This document shows, piece by piece, positions 12,320 to 25,463 of a stretch of DNA of 64,000 nucleotides. The position numbers were made by a program, and so were the translations under genes. Source of the stretch: Octopus vulgaris (Eukaryota); the NCBI GenBank assembly GCA_951406725.2, contig OX597824.1, positions 90,148,001 to 90,212,000 on the forward strand. Direction: 5' to 3'. The first letter of the stretch is position 1. Every line of letters starts with the position of its first letter. Under the pieces are notes generated by a model. It was not told the origin of the DNA. It made no database searches and saw only the letters and a list, made by a program, of their open reading frames with translations.

Positions 12320-12517
12320 ATTTGGACCTGGAGATCTCCATTTCCAGCGACTTCGAGGGCCACCTCCCAGTGGTGTCGGGCGTCAACGAAGAGCCCTCGA
12401 CTACAACAAGACGACCAAAGTTTTTTCTTTCCAAGGTCTAGGGTCTCCTGCCCCTAAGCCTTAGACCATCACCTAATCACCCTTACCCTTCTTGTTGCTT
12501 AACAACAACAACAACAA
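12320..12517 (+). mobile_element. 5'-truncated GC-rich retroelement 3' end with (AAC)n tail
   Basis: Reverse complement of 57771-57970 within this window; ends in aacaacaacaac. Confidence 0.75.
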
Positions 12518-12762
12518 GGACCACCAATAATGGTCTGTTTTGCTTTGTTTGGCCTTCTAACTCTTTCAGTGTCACATATCATATACAATGCTTCAAACAA
12601 ACCACAACATTTTATTAATTATGTAATTATTATAAATACTGAAATTTTATGCCATTGAAACAGCTGTTGAGTACAGTTATATTATGTACAATGGGTGGAA
12701 TTTATGCTTTTCTGCTTATTCCTCTAAATGCCCTACTCTCAATGATCATTTTAGCTGATTCA

Positions 12763-12823
<61 letters not shown>

Positions 12824-12882
12824 ACAGAGATATTCTTGCATAGCAAGTGACTTGATCTGAGATCGTGTGCTGAAACAAAAAC

Positions 12883-13119
12883 AATTGCAGCATGGAAGGT
12901 GTTTATAAGCCATTTAAGAAACACACACAAAAACCGTTAGATTCACTTTAACATTTAAATTTAATTTGTGCCAAATTATTTTTGTCGCTTTGAAACCATG
13001 ACCTGTTCACAGGCAAAATTCTGTGCTGAATCAGAAAGAATGCAAATTTAAATGTTGAAGTGAATCTAATGGCTTTTATGTTATTTAAATGGCTTATAAA
13101 CACCTTCCATGCTGCAATT
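12883..13119. repeat. Inverted repeat, ~80-bp arms with ~80-bp spacer, in the last PLC-beta intron
   Basis: aattgcagcatggaaggtgtttataagccatttaa ... ttaaatggcttataaacaccttccatgctgcaatt. Confidence 0.88.
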
Positions 13120-13120
13120 C

Positions 13121-13153
<33 letters not shown>

Positions 13154-13785
13154 GAATAACACCTGCGTTTAATTCCACTTATTTATTTATACATATTATA
13201 CAAAATATTTCACATTAACCTGGAGTTTATACCTTCACAAACAGGGTGTTATGTCCTTATTACTTGTGTGATTTTATATATATATATATATATTTTATAT
13301 AAAAAATATATTTATATATATATATTTATATATATATATGAAATTAATTAATTTGGAATTATTCCAAACTTACAGGGAAAAATTCAATTTAGAAATACTA
13401 AATCAAATTTCACAAAATATAATATATATATATAAAAAAAAAAGATCACCTTTTATCAATTCAATAATGAAAAAAATTAAATTATACCATTTAGAAAAAT
13501 TACATCTTATAGAAAGATTGAATATAACATAAAATATATAACGATGATTAAGTAATGAGCAAAATAATAAATAAAACATATATATTTGGTAGAATATATA
13601 CATTTTATTTATTATTTTGCACTTTATAGGTATGTATGTATGTATATATACACACATATATATATATGTGTGTGTGATAGGCTTCCACATAATTTCTGCC
13701 TACCATATTCCCTCAGAAGGCACAAGGAGTGATTTAAAAGTTTCTTTCTTTTCTTTTTTTTTTTTTTTTCTTTTCTCTTTTCCAG

Positions 13786-13854
13786 GCCATAGAGTCAGTT
13801 GAAATGATGCACCGGGAGGCAAAACTAGCCACGAAACCTGAAACTGTCGTTTGA
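13786..13854 (+). CDS. PLCB4: PLC-beta terminal coding exon ending in class I PDZ ligand
   Basis: Long polypyrimidine tract then ccag|. AIESVEMMHREAKLATKPETVV-TGA resembles the vertebrate PLCB4a end (...PATVV). Confidence 0.92.
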   Translation, partial: AIESVEMMHREAKLATKPETVV

Positions 13855-13925
13855 TTCCAATCGGCTGACTATTTCTCCACAAGGGAGACACTCTCTTCGT
13901 TCTGCTGCTGCAGTTTCTGCTGCTG

Positions 13926-13961
<36 letters not shown>

Positions 13962-14447
13962 TTACTACTACTACTACTACTACTATTACAATTTTGATTT
14001 GTAAACCTTTAGCTCCCACCCCCTGTACAACCCCCCTCATACTTGTCCATCAATTTCCTATATTTTGCCATACCTTGATCTATGAGTTTTCTTTTTTTTT
14101 GTTCTTTACTTTCATGAAGGTGGGGGGAGGATAAAAATTCGGCAAATAAGATATATATATATAAATATATATATAAATATATATATAGAAAAACATATAC
14201 ATATATATATATATATATATATATGTATATGTACATATATTTATATATGTATATATACTCATGTGTGTAAATTTACATAACTGTTTCCACACTTATATAT
14301 ATATATATGTATGTATTAATACATATATATGTACATATATTCGTGCATATATATATATATATATGTATGTATATATATATACATATATGTATATGTATAT
14401 ATGTACATATATGTATATGCATATATGTACATATATGTATATACATA

Positions 14448-14478
<31 letters not shown>

Positions 14479-15601
14479 ATATAGATACATGCATATACAT
14501 ATATTTATATTTATAGATACATTCATATATATATATACACTCACACACATACATACATGCATATATATGCATACATATATGTATATATGCATACATGCAC
14601 ACACACACACATACACACATACATAAATGTATACACAGACACCTTATTGGCTTGTTTACACGTACATATGCATTTATAAAAAATTGACTATATTTATATG
14701 CACAAGCATACGCTTGTATAATTGTGTGTTTGTGTGTGTGTGTGTATGTAACTATGTATGCACAGAGATATAGAGACACACACGCACACACACACACACA
14801 CACGCACACACACACACACACGCACACACACACACACACACGCACACACACACACATTCATTTAGACATAAAGCTAACGAATCCTAATAAATATATCCGA
14901 TGCCATTAGAAAGCAGCCAAATTCAAGAACATGGCAACAAACCCAGTTAAAGAGTGTGTGTGTGTGTGTGTGTGTGTGGTTAGGGGGGATTGTTTTTTTT
15001 TTCTTTTTTTTTTTCACTTATATTGGCAGAAAATCATCAAAATTTTCACAAACTGAAGAACCAGGTGGCGCAGTGGTTTGTCTCAATTGCTCCAGCTGGG
15101 CTTAATATTTCTTCAGTGAAGATTGGAAAAAACAGTCTTAGTTCACACACACACACACACACACACGCAGATGTACATGCGTACATATATGCATATTAAA
15201 CCAGCAAGCAACACCATCGCCCTACACACACACACGCATACAGACCAGGTTTATATTGCTGTGGTATGCCACCATCTTGTAAAGAGGGTGGGGGAGGTGA
15301 GGTGCTCTTCATAAAGGAGGATAATACACAATAAGGATAATAATAATAATGATAATAATAATAATAATGATAATATTAATAATAGTAATTTTGTAAGGTG
15401 GTGCTACATACATACATGTATATATCTATTTATATATACACTCAATATATATATGTTTATATATTATATATATATATTTACATATATACATTATATGCAT
15501 ATATATTTACACACACACATATAAATATGTATATATATGTGTGTGTGTGTATATATATATATATGCATATGTATATATATAATTGTACATATATATTTAC
15601 A

Positions 15602-15666
<65 letters not shown>

Positions 15667-15699
15667 GCATATGTATATATATAATTGTACATATATATT

Positions 15700-15744
<45 letters not shown>

Positions 15745-15878
15745 ACACATGCACATATATTCTTTTATGTTTCAGTCAATTGACTGCAGCCATGCTGGAG
15801 CACCACCTTTAAATATATATGCATAGGTATTTTATATAATATATGTAATGTACACACACACACACACACATATATATT

Positions 15879-15916
<38 letters not shown>

Positions 15917-15918
15917 TA

Positions 15919-15965
<47 letters not shown>

Positions 15966-16884
15966 TATATATATACAAAGATAAAAGTGTAGTAGTTAAT
16001 AGAGAAATATTTTCCACTTTAGGGGTCATTTTAATGATTTAACGAAAGTAAACCAATGCGCCACTAATTAATATTTTGGGGACATTGATTTGGATCGGTT
16101 TTTTTTTTTTTTTTTTACAAAAACCATTTTGTATGGCAATATTGTTTTTGTTGTTGTTGGCTTTTACCTAAAAGCTACACCAGTTTTTTTTTTTTGTAGG
16201 AGAGACAGTTTTACTACCTGCAGCGGCATCAAACAATTTAATTAAATGACAATTTCCTTCTTGTTTTCTTTTTTTTTTTTTTTTTTCCGTTAATTAAAGG
16301 AAACACTTTCTAATGGTGGGTTTCTTTATATAAATATACATGAAACAAAGTTTTGTATGGTTATATTGTTTACTCTTCGTTATATTTTACAAACCTAAAT
16401 ACAGCAGTTCATATTAATTGACATTAGCTTTTTTTTTTTTTAAACAAGGGAGACAAATAGTGTTATAGGATAACATTTTTTTACATTCTTTTAAAATTTT
16501 GAGTGAGGGAGGGTCGCAAAAGAAAACAGAAATACCAGGGAGTCTTAGTTTATATTTTCATACAAAAAATAGACCAGCTCATAGAAATGACAGTTTTTTA
16601 TATAAAATGACATCAAATAATTTTTTTAAAACTTTTCTTTTTGGTATTTTCAAAACAAGCACAGAGCGATACCTGTCAATATTTTCCTACAGAAAATAGG
16701 CCTGTTCACAAAACTGACAGTTTTTACCAAAAAATTATCAATTTAATAAGGTGACATTTTTTTTATTAAGGGATATAGTAACACCTGTCATTATTTACCA
16801 ATGGAAAACGAACAAGCTCACAAAAACGAAAGTTTTCACAATATATATATATTTTACAACATATACATATATATATATATATAT

Positions 16885-17160
16885 ATATTCTGTTGTGTCT
16901 GGGGAGAGTCATTTTCTTTTTGTGCCTTATAATGTAACACACTCACCGGTAAAATTTCCACTTATTTCACAATTTTATTTCCCTAAAATTTTCGTTGCGT
17001 CTTGCAACCTTTTCAGTAGTCTTGACTATTGAAAAGGTTGCAAGACGCAACGAAAATTTTAGGGATATAAAAATAAGAAATAAGTGGAAATTTTACCGGT
17101 GAGTGTGTTACATTATAAGGCACAAAAAGAAAATGACTCTCCCCAGACACAACAGAATAT
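16885..17160. repeat. Near-perfect 276-bp palindrome
   Basis: Arms of ~137 bp mirror around tagtc-tt-gacta at 17022-17023, with few mismatches. Confidence 0.93.
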
Positions 17161-17825
17161 GTTTCAACACATGAACTCATATAAAGAATCTTGCAAACCA
17201 AATCCAAAAGCGAAATATATATATACATTACAATATATATATATATATATAATCACTTTATTATATTGATATATATATATATATCAGTATAATAAAGTGA
17301 TTTTTTTTATGGGTCAGTAGTATTTTCATAGAGAAGATAGCCTAATTCATAACAATAATAGTTTTTACATAACAGACATCAAAATTTTAATAAGGTAACA
17401 TTTTCCCAGATATATGGAAGTCTTGTTGATATTCTATCTTATTTTCTTATTCAAAAATGTTCATCAGTGATAGTCTTTTCTTGGTATGCTTGTTCTTTTA
17501 TTTTTCTTTGTGTTTTATTTAAATAAGTGCCAGAAGCGACAGGTTTAATAAGAAAAACATTGAATATTAAAGAATGTCGCAGTTGGCACTTTTCTTTAAT
17601 CAGTCTATTAAAATGACTCTTATTTAACAATAAACAGACATTATTATGATTAATCTAGTAGAGTGACATCTGACAAAAAAATTACATCACAACATCACAA
17701 TGAACAACTGACACGTAATGAAGAGGACACAATACCTGTCTGGAAGAGAGGGGAGCCGTTTTTGATAAAAGAGAACACAAGAAATATATATATATACACA
17801 CACACTCACATATATATACATACAT

Positions 17826-17880
<55 letters not shown>

Positions 17881-17984
17881 CACACACACATACATATACC
17901 TACCTATATATATATATATACACACATACACACACACACATACATACATATACCTATATATATATATATACACATACGTATACC

Positions 17985-18018
<34 letters not shown>

Positions 18019-18926
18019 TATATATATACATATATATAAAACTGAGTGCAACAATTTTGGACATTGGGACAACTTACAAACACAAAATATGAGACATGAA
18101 TGGTGGGGGTTGGGGAGGGGGGTTATACAAACTTTGGAAAAACTGAATTCCATTATCTAAAAAGACAAAAAAAAAATAACAAAACATATGGCAAAAACAC
18201 CTGACACGTTAATTTGGATAAGAAATATTATTTAATTAAAGAAATTTATATTAATGATGATGATGATAATAATAATGATAACAATAACAATAATAATAAT
18301 AATTATCGTTATTATTGTGATAATTATTTAATAATTATGGTTTCTTTTATTTGCCACAGGGGTAATGGAGGAGGCAAACATTACAGGGCAAATTACACAT
18401 AAATTCTAGGGGTTTATTTTCAGGATAGATTATGGAAAAAAAAAAATAATAATCTGCATGGATCATCTTCTGATTTACACAATCTCATTTTAAATCTGTG
18501 ACATGGGTCCCTACCTAAGAAAAAAAAAATGTGTAAACTTTATAGAAAAGTTCATAGAGTTTGATAAAGTTGAATTGCTGTGAGGTAGGAAGAAATTCTA
18601 ACCAGCTTTTTTTTTTTTTCATTTTTGGAACTTTATTCTAGAGACATCATCAGTTCTTCACACAATGTTGTTATTTCTTCAGTTGTTCTTTTCATATTGT
18701 GCATGGACACACACACACACACACACACAAACACATACACACACACAGTCGTCGTCATCATCATCATCATCATCGCACTTCCATACATACATGCACCTTT
18801 GATTCCGTTACCATCATACACACACACACATACACAATTTCTAGCACATATACCTCTCTCTCCAAATATGTGTGTGTGTGTATATGTGTATGTGTGTACT
18901 TATGCATTGCATGTATGTGTGTGTAA

Positions 18927-18977
<51 letters not shown>

Positions 18978-20752
18978 TATATAAGGTAATAAATTGTATG
19001 GTATACATTTGTTAGCTTACTGGTAAAGCCCGTTCACTTAAATGGTGTTCATTGGGTATTTGAATAATGAGAGTGATGGAAGATATGAATATGTCTATTA
19101 ATCTCAACAGCTGTTTCGACCAATCTTGTATCTTCCATTTTCTGTCTCACTCATTAATCAAATACATATGTATGTATACATGCATGTATGTATGTATGTA
19201 TGCATGTATGTATGTATGTATATTAATGATGAGAAATTACATAATTGTGAAACTTTGTTAATGATTTGTAGGGGTCATAACCCACTGCAGACATTTCCCT
19301 CATTGTCTTTGCTTCAAGTTTTTAAGCAGTGCAGGGTTTGGATGGGAGAAGGTTTCCTTCAAAAGACGAGCATTCTACATATGGGAGAACATGAGACTTC
19401 TATCTCTCTCACTCTCTCTCTCCTCTCTTATTCTTTCTTTTTCTCCCCCTCTATTCACTCTCTCTCTTTCTCTTCTATCTCACATTTTCCCTTTCTCCAT
19501 CCGACCTTAACACTGCAGCTCCCTATACGTCCTTATCGGCTTCATTGATCATGTAAACTTTATTGTCTTCCCCGTCCCCTACTACACACATACACATTTT
19601 CATCCGCATGATTTTTCAAAGAAGCCTATGACCCCTGCTGATCCTTTCCTAATGGATGAAAGCAAGTGCAAACAGGAAAAGGATCTTCATTTGTTGCCTT
19701 CATTAAAACTCTTCCTTGTTACATCTACGAAGCATCAACTGCCTTGTTTGAGCCTGGCAACATCTCTGTTAGCTTGCGCATTTGCAGCCTGGTGCAATGT
19801 TGAAATTTTGAAGTATGTGTGTAGGTATGTATGTATGTTATTCTGTACTTATTTGTAATAACTTGGTTAAACCATAAAACGCAAAACTCCGTTTTACAAT
19901 TCTAGGCTTTGGAAGAAAAATATTTAACAATTATTTATAGTGTTGCTTAAAAAATTCATTTCATTCATAATTTGAACTCTTTTGAAATATGTAAAAAAAA
20001 AAAAGTGTTATAATGGTGCTGATATATAAGTGTTGACACAAAAAAGGAAATGAAGGCATGTGGAAAGAAAAGTAGAAGGGAAACAGTTGAAGGGGGAGGT
20101 TTGAAAAAACGTGGAGAAAAGTATGAAATTAATACTGTTGGAGTTTATATTATGATGGAATCTGAACATAAATAGATTTGTATTTGAATTGGAAAAGAAC
20201 ACGTGACTGCGTTTTGATTTACAAGGGAAGCAACTCATATTTGTTTCAAGAGGATTGGTTATGCAGAGCCAGAGTAGAAGAGGGCGTGTCATTGATGAGG
20301 TCGAAAATGGTGATGAAAGGACTTTGACAAATCTAACTGATTGACTGATTGATTGGCCAAATGATTAATCAAACAGTCGATTAGTTAACTGGTGAAATAG
20401 TTAACCAATTGACATATACATAACAAAAATTAAAAAAATAAAGAAGTGAAATAGAACCAGTGTGTGTGTTTATTATTGGCAGAATGACCTTCCCAAGATA
20501 ACCAAACAAAAAAAAAAAGGTAATTCATATTCGTAAATTATATATGAATAAACTAGGGTCGATTTAGAACAAAAAATAAGTTATAAAGCTTGTGACAGTA
20601 AAAAGCATAATTTTAGAGAATAAAACTTGGTCTAAATAAGAAAAAGTTGTTAATTCTATGCATATGCATACATCTGCGATTCCTTCCCTACCTGCATTTC
20701 ATAATTTACAAACTGTCTTGTACACGTTTCTGCACATCATTTTACCTACATC

Positions 20753-20793
<41 letters not shown>

Positions 20794-21066
20794 CAAATAA
20801 GAAAATGGAGAAACAAATTTAGATATTATAATGTTGGAATATTTATTCATTTTACAAATGAGAACATCAAAAGCACATATATAAAATATATAAATCAATA
20901 GATAAGATAATAATACATATACAGATTTTAAAAGTCATATTATAAATTAATGAAATCCTAAAATTACTTCTTACAGCTGTTTCAGCCTATGGTCAAAAGT
21001 GAATCTAATTTACTTGCCTATATCCCATAGTGGGTTACACCCATAACCCCTACCTTACTTTGTAGC

Positions 21067-21101
<35 letters not shown>

Positions 21102-21351
21102 TACATATATATATTTACATGTATTTATGGATGTTTGCGATTATGCACATTTTATCACATTTAGGTATAAATATATATATACTTTTGTCTGCTTTTCTCT
21201 GTATTTTATGCACAATTTTATATTCTTGGGTGTACTTCTGAATATCTATACATTCCATTCTGTACTTTAACTTTATTCTCCCCACTTCTGTTTATTGTTA
21301 TACGCAGATAATAACAATAATAATATTAATAATAATAATAATAATAATAAC

Positions 21352-21590
21352 GGTTGGGCCTATAATAATTGGTGCGTTGAGAAACTGAAAGCAAAGTTAC
21401 AGACAAATGGTTGAAGGAGATTGGAATAGAATGCGATGTAGAGCTTCTTACATAAAGTTTGCCTCTTGGTGACAAGAAAGATTACCAGGTGGGTCTTAAG
21501 CACTGGAAAGACTATTGGAAGATTGTGGGTACAGGTTGTAACCAGCTACCCACGTAGATTCTGCCAAGAATAAGAAGGAGCCTGAGTCAA
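21352..21590 (+). mobile_element. R4/Dong-like non-LTR retrotransposon 3' end
   Basis: Frameshifted translation PIIIGAL...KWLKEIGIECDVELL.KVCLL...I.R.VL resembles the R4/Dong C-terminus; abuts an (AAT)n run. Confidence 0.65.
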
Positions 21591-21820
21591 ATCAATGATG
21601 ATAAAGATGATGAGGATGATGATGATGATGAGGAGCTTATAGTATATAGTAGCGCTCAGAATATATTTCCACGTATGTCTTGCTTTGTTTGTTTTTTTAT
21701 TAGATGTACGCTCCTGCACATCTTTATATGCAGCTATATTTGTATAATTGGGCAGATTTCTCATTTCTTACAATCAATTTCTAATTATATCTCATTCCTA
21801 ATGAAATAACTACGTTTTCT

Positions 21821-21895
21821 CTCAGTTATGTCCCTTCCTTAACCACTCTCCAAACTTTAAACTTTCCACTTTTACCATTTCCTTCTAGTAGACAC

Positions 21896-21936
<41 letters not shown>

Positions 21937-22243
21937 TCACATTATTTTAGTATAATTATATGAAAACTTTTACTGTCGCTTACAGTAATTAATACTGTTA
22001 ATTGATCCTTTATTCATATTTTGTCCTGAACGAAGCTCAGCCTCAGTTATGTCCCTTCCTCAACCACTCTCCAGACTTTAAACTTTCCACTTTTGCCATT
22101 TCCTTCTAGTAGACACATTTCTCTCTCTCTCTCTCTTTTCACATTATTTTAGTATAATTATATGAAAACTTTTACTGTCGCTTACAGTAATTAATACTGT
22201 TAATTGGTCCTTTATTCATATTTTGTCCTGAACGAAGCTCAGC
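21821..22243 (+). repeat. Tandem duplication, ~220 bp + ~200 bp, differing mainly in (CT)n length
   Basis: ctcagttatgtcccttcct...gtcctgaacgaagctcagc occurs twice head-to-tail. Confidence 0.9.
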
Positions 22244-22874
22244 AAAAGAAATTTAATAACATTTTACTGACATCTAAAGGTTTATTTAATTTAACTCGTT
22301 ATTCTATTTTTTTAATTATATAACTAACCCTATGCCTTCTGCCATCATAAACTTTATAATTTATTCTTTGTTCTAACTTAATCATATGGTATAAAAATTC
22401 ATTCATATATATTGGGCTGTCAGATAAATTTGTTCATTTTCTTCCACTTGGCGCTCCAATGTCATGTGACTGTAAAAGGGTGAAATTTATCCAAATTTCA
22501 AAAATGACCAATAATAGTTGTTGGGGATGAATAGAGCTACAAAGAACTGTAAAAAAGAAAAAAAGAAAACTTAGATAAGAACATTTTTCATGTTAAAATA
22601 AATATGGGAAAAAATCTTTGTTAATTAAAAACAAAAAAAGAACAGAAAAAACGAATTTACCTGACTAGCTGTTCTTTTAGAAATGCAAGTTACCTCCCCT
22701 TATTGTTACTCTTATTGGATTTGTGATTTGATCTCTCAGTTCGCCTTCAGATCTTATTCACATATACAATATCATTGTAATTTCACATTTTACATCACCC
22801 TTTTATAAAGCCCGGTCAATCACACAGTAATTTCCCTTTGTTTAACGATCATTTTCATAGCATTTTCTTGCTGG

Positions 22875-22942
22875 CCTGATAACTGAAGAGATGCCGGCAT
22901 GGGTTTCTGCCCCGACATCCGAAACTCAGAGTTTTATCATGG
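22875..22942 (+). ncRNA. Type I hammerhead ribozyme-like motif in a probable Penelope-like terminal repeat
   Basis: tgataa-CTGAAGA-gatgccgg...ccgacatc-c-GAAAC-tcaga-GTT-ttatca: helix I tgataa/ttatca, intact core, helix II with one mismatch and an extra C. Confidence 0.6.
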
Positions 22943-25178
22943 CTACCGAATAATTGTCACATATTACATTTACAGATAAATTCCTCTATTTACATAATAT
23001 CGAGGTCTCTTTCTTTCTTTTGTTGTCCTACTATTTCTATCAATATATATATATATATATAACCAAGAAAAAAGCAACAAGAATGGATCGGTAGTTTAGT
23101 ACAATTGTTTCATACTATAAACATTTTATTTAAAGCTGCAAATATTACAGCAAATATAATATCAAGTATTCATCAGCTAAATCACATATAGGTTTTCCAA
23201 ACATCTTAGAGAGTGTAAATAACCTTATGAAGTTTTTCTTGGTTATAATCACCCCACATAATTTTATGGTTAATACCATAAAGAATTCTGGTGCATCTAA
23301 GTTAAGTACCATATTCATTTGATTCATTTGAATCTTGATTGTTTTGCTGAAATTATATATATATATGATATTTACCACGTGAACTACGATAAAAAAAATA
23401 TGAGAAACATAAGACATAATTTTTTGGGTGCAGGGGTTCCTTGGGACATGTAATTTATTTTAAGGGTTAAGGGTTACGCAAGGGTAAAAAAGGTTGAGAA
23501 ACACTGATGTAGAGGATCATAATCACAGCAGTGATGATGATGATGATGATGACAGTATGACCATGGGAAACATCAAGACATATGGTAGACTACCAGCTAC
23601 TATAATGATGATGATGATGATGGTGATGATGACAGTGATGATAGCAGCTATGATGATAAGGATATTAATCATAATTGTTACAATGATGATGATGATGATG
23701 ACTTTGTGATCATAATGACAAATATAAGACAAGTGATGACAGAAAACTGCTGGTGATGACAGTGAGCATGTCATAAGATTTATTGACATCGGTATAGATC
23801 TGAAGATTTTAAGAAATCATAATTAGACAATAAAAAATTTTAAATAGGTAAGCTAAACATTGTTCCTTGCTTCCAGAGTAACTTTTCCACATTTGGTTGA
23901 CAGAGTTTCAATTCTCACTTAGAAACATATTTTTTTTAAAATTTAATTTAAATATTTATTTATTCTCCTTTCATTTTCATCAGATAGTCTTTTCAAAAGT
24001 TAGGATCATTTCCTGGCACCCCCCACCCTACTTCATCAAAGCTACTTTCTTCTTACACTTCAACCACCACCACCACCACTAGCAACAAGCCTCTATATGA
24101 TCGCTTGACCTGCTAGAAATAACAACCAAATTTCCTTCAAGTCACACGTAACTATCTTAAGTAAAGAAAGGACACCTTGGAATATACAGTCATAGATATA
24201 CACCGCCTACCTTAGAATCACAGGATGGCCATGGCTGGAATGCCTTCAAATCATAGGTCTTCTCAATCAGATCTGACCTCTGGCTAAATAACTACTACTA
24301 CTACTACTACTACTATCACTGCCACCTCCATTTAAAATTACTTCTTTTATTTTTCACATGCTCCCTAAGTTCCAACAACCAATTAAGGATCTCAGACTGT
24401 ATATATATATATATATATATATACAGATAGATACACAGAATCATGCAAAGTCATGTTTAACACCTTTATGTGTATTTGGACATGATAAAACATTTCACTG
24501 CAGAAAAAGTCACAGGAGAAAATTTTCCCTTGAGAGTATTTCAGCAGTGAAAAGACTTATCATGTTCAAATACACTTCAGCATATTAAACATGACTTTAC
24601 ACGAGTATATTTTATTTAAAGCTACTTTGTGTAATACACACACAAACACACACATATTTGTATGTATGTATAATATTTAGTTATTGTATATTTTGTTGCT
24701 TTATTACTGTGTGATTTATTTTTCTTGTTAGTCAAAATTCTGTTTCACTCCCATAACTTCTATGAATTCAGAACATAATCATTTCCTCATATCCGTTGGC
24801 CATTATCGGTGCTGCTGTTAGTTCTCTATCAACATTTTTCATTGATCATCATCGGCCCCTCACAGCTGTGCAACTATGAAGAGGATGATTGTGTTTTTTG
24901 CTCCCTTATATTTTTTTTTCTTATTCTGTGAACCCTTCAGCATCCAAATTACTCTGTCGAATGTAATGCTTATTTAATCACATTGTTTTGAATTAATTAT
25001 ACAGTATTTTGAAGCTACAAGATTCCAATAACGTGATTCTTTGAATGACATTGTAAGGCATGTGTAAGAGGCCAGATATGGCCAGTTTGAACATAAAACA
25101 AAGAGAATATTTGAGCTAGATAATATAAGAAAATTACTATTTGTAAATCTCACAATGAGAGATATTCAGCAACTGTAC

Positions 25179-25463
25179 TTTGTAGTAAAGATTATTTGCC
25201 AACATAACATGGCAGTCCTGGTTTAGGACGAATGTTGCTGTAATTTAGCCCCAGGAGACATCATCTCTAGCTGGCCACACAACCGATCTGTGTCTTCATA
25301 TTTTCGAATAAGTGAGGTGCTAGATCCCCTTGTTCAAAAATATAAGGACACAGATCGTGTCGTATAGCCAGTTGGAGACGATGTCTCCTGGGGCTAGATT
25401 ACAGCAACATTTGTCCTAAACCAGGACAGCCATGTTATGTTGACAAACAATCTTTACTACAAA
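25179..25463. repeat. Fold-back element (~135-bp inverted arms) nested in a piggyBac-like MITE
   Basis: tttgtagtaaagatt..ttg.caacataacatggc.gtcctggtttaggac... is mirrored at 25463; centre near 25320. Confidence 0.88.

Noticed and set aside
14009-16042. Many YI/CV/HT-rich ORFs (also 17663-18984, 31068-31847, 54984-55745)
   Set aside because: Translations of (TA)n, (TG)n, (CA)n and (TATC)n microsatellites.
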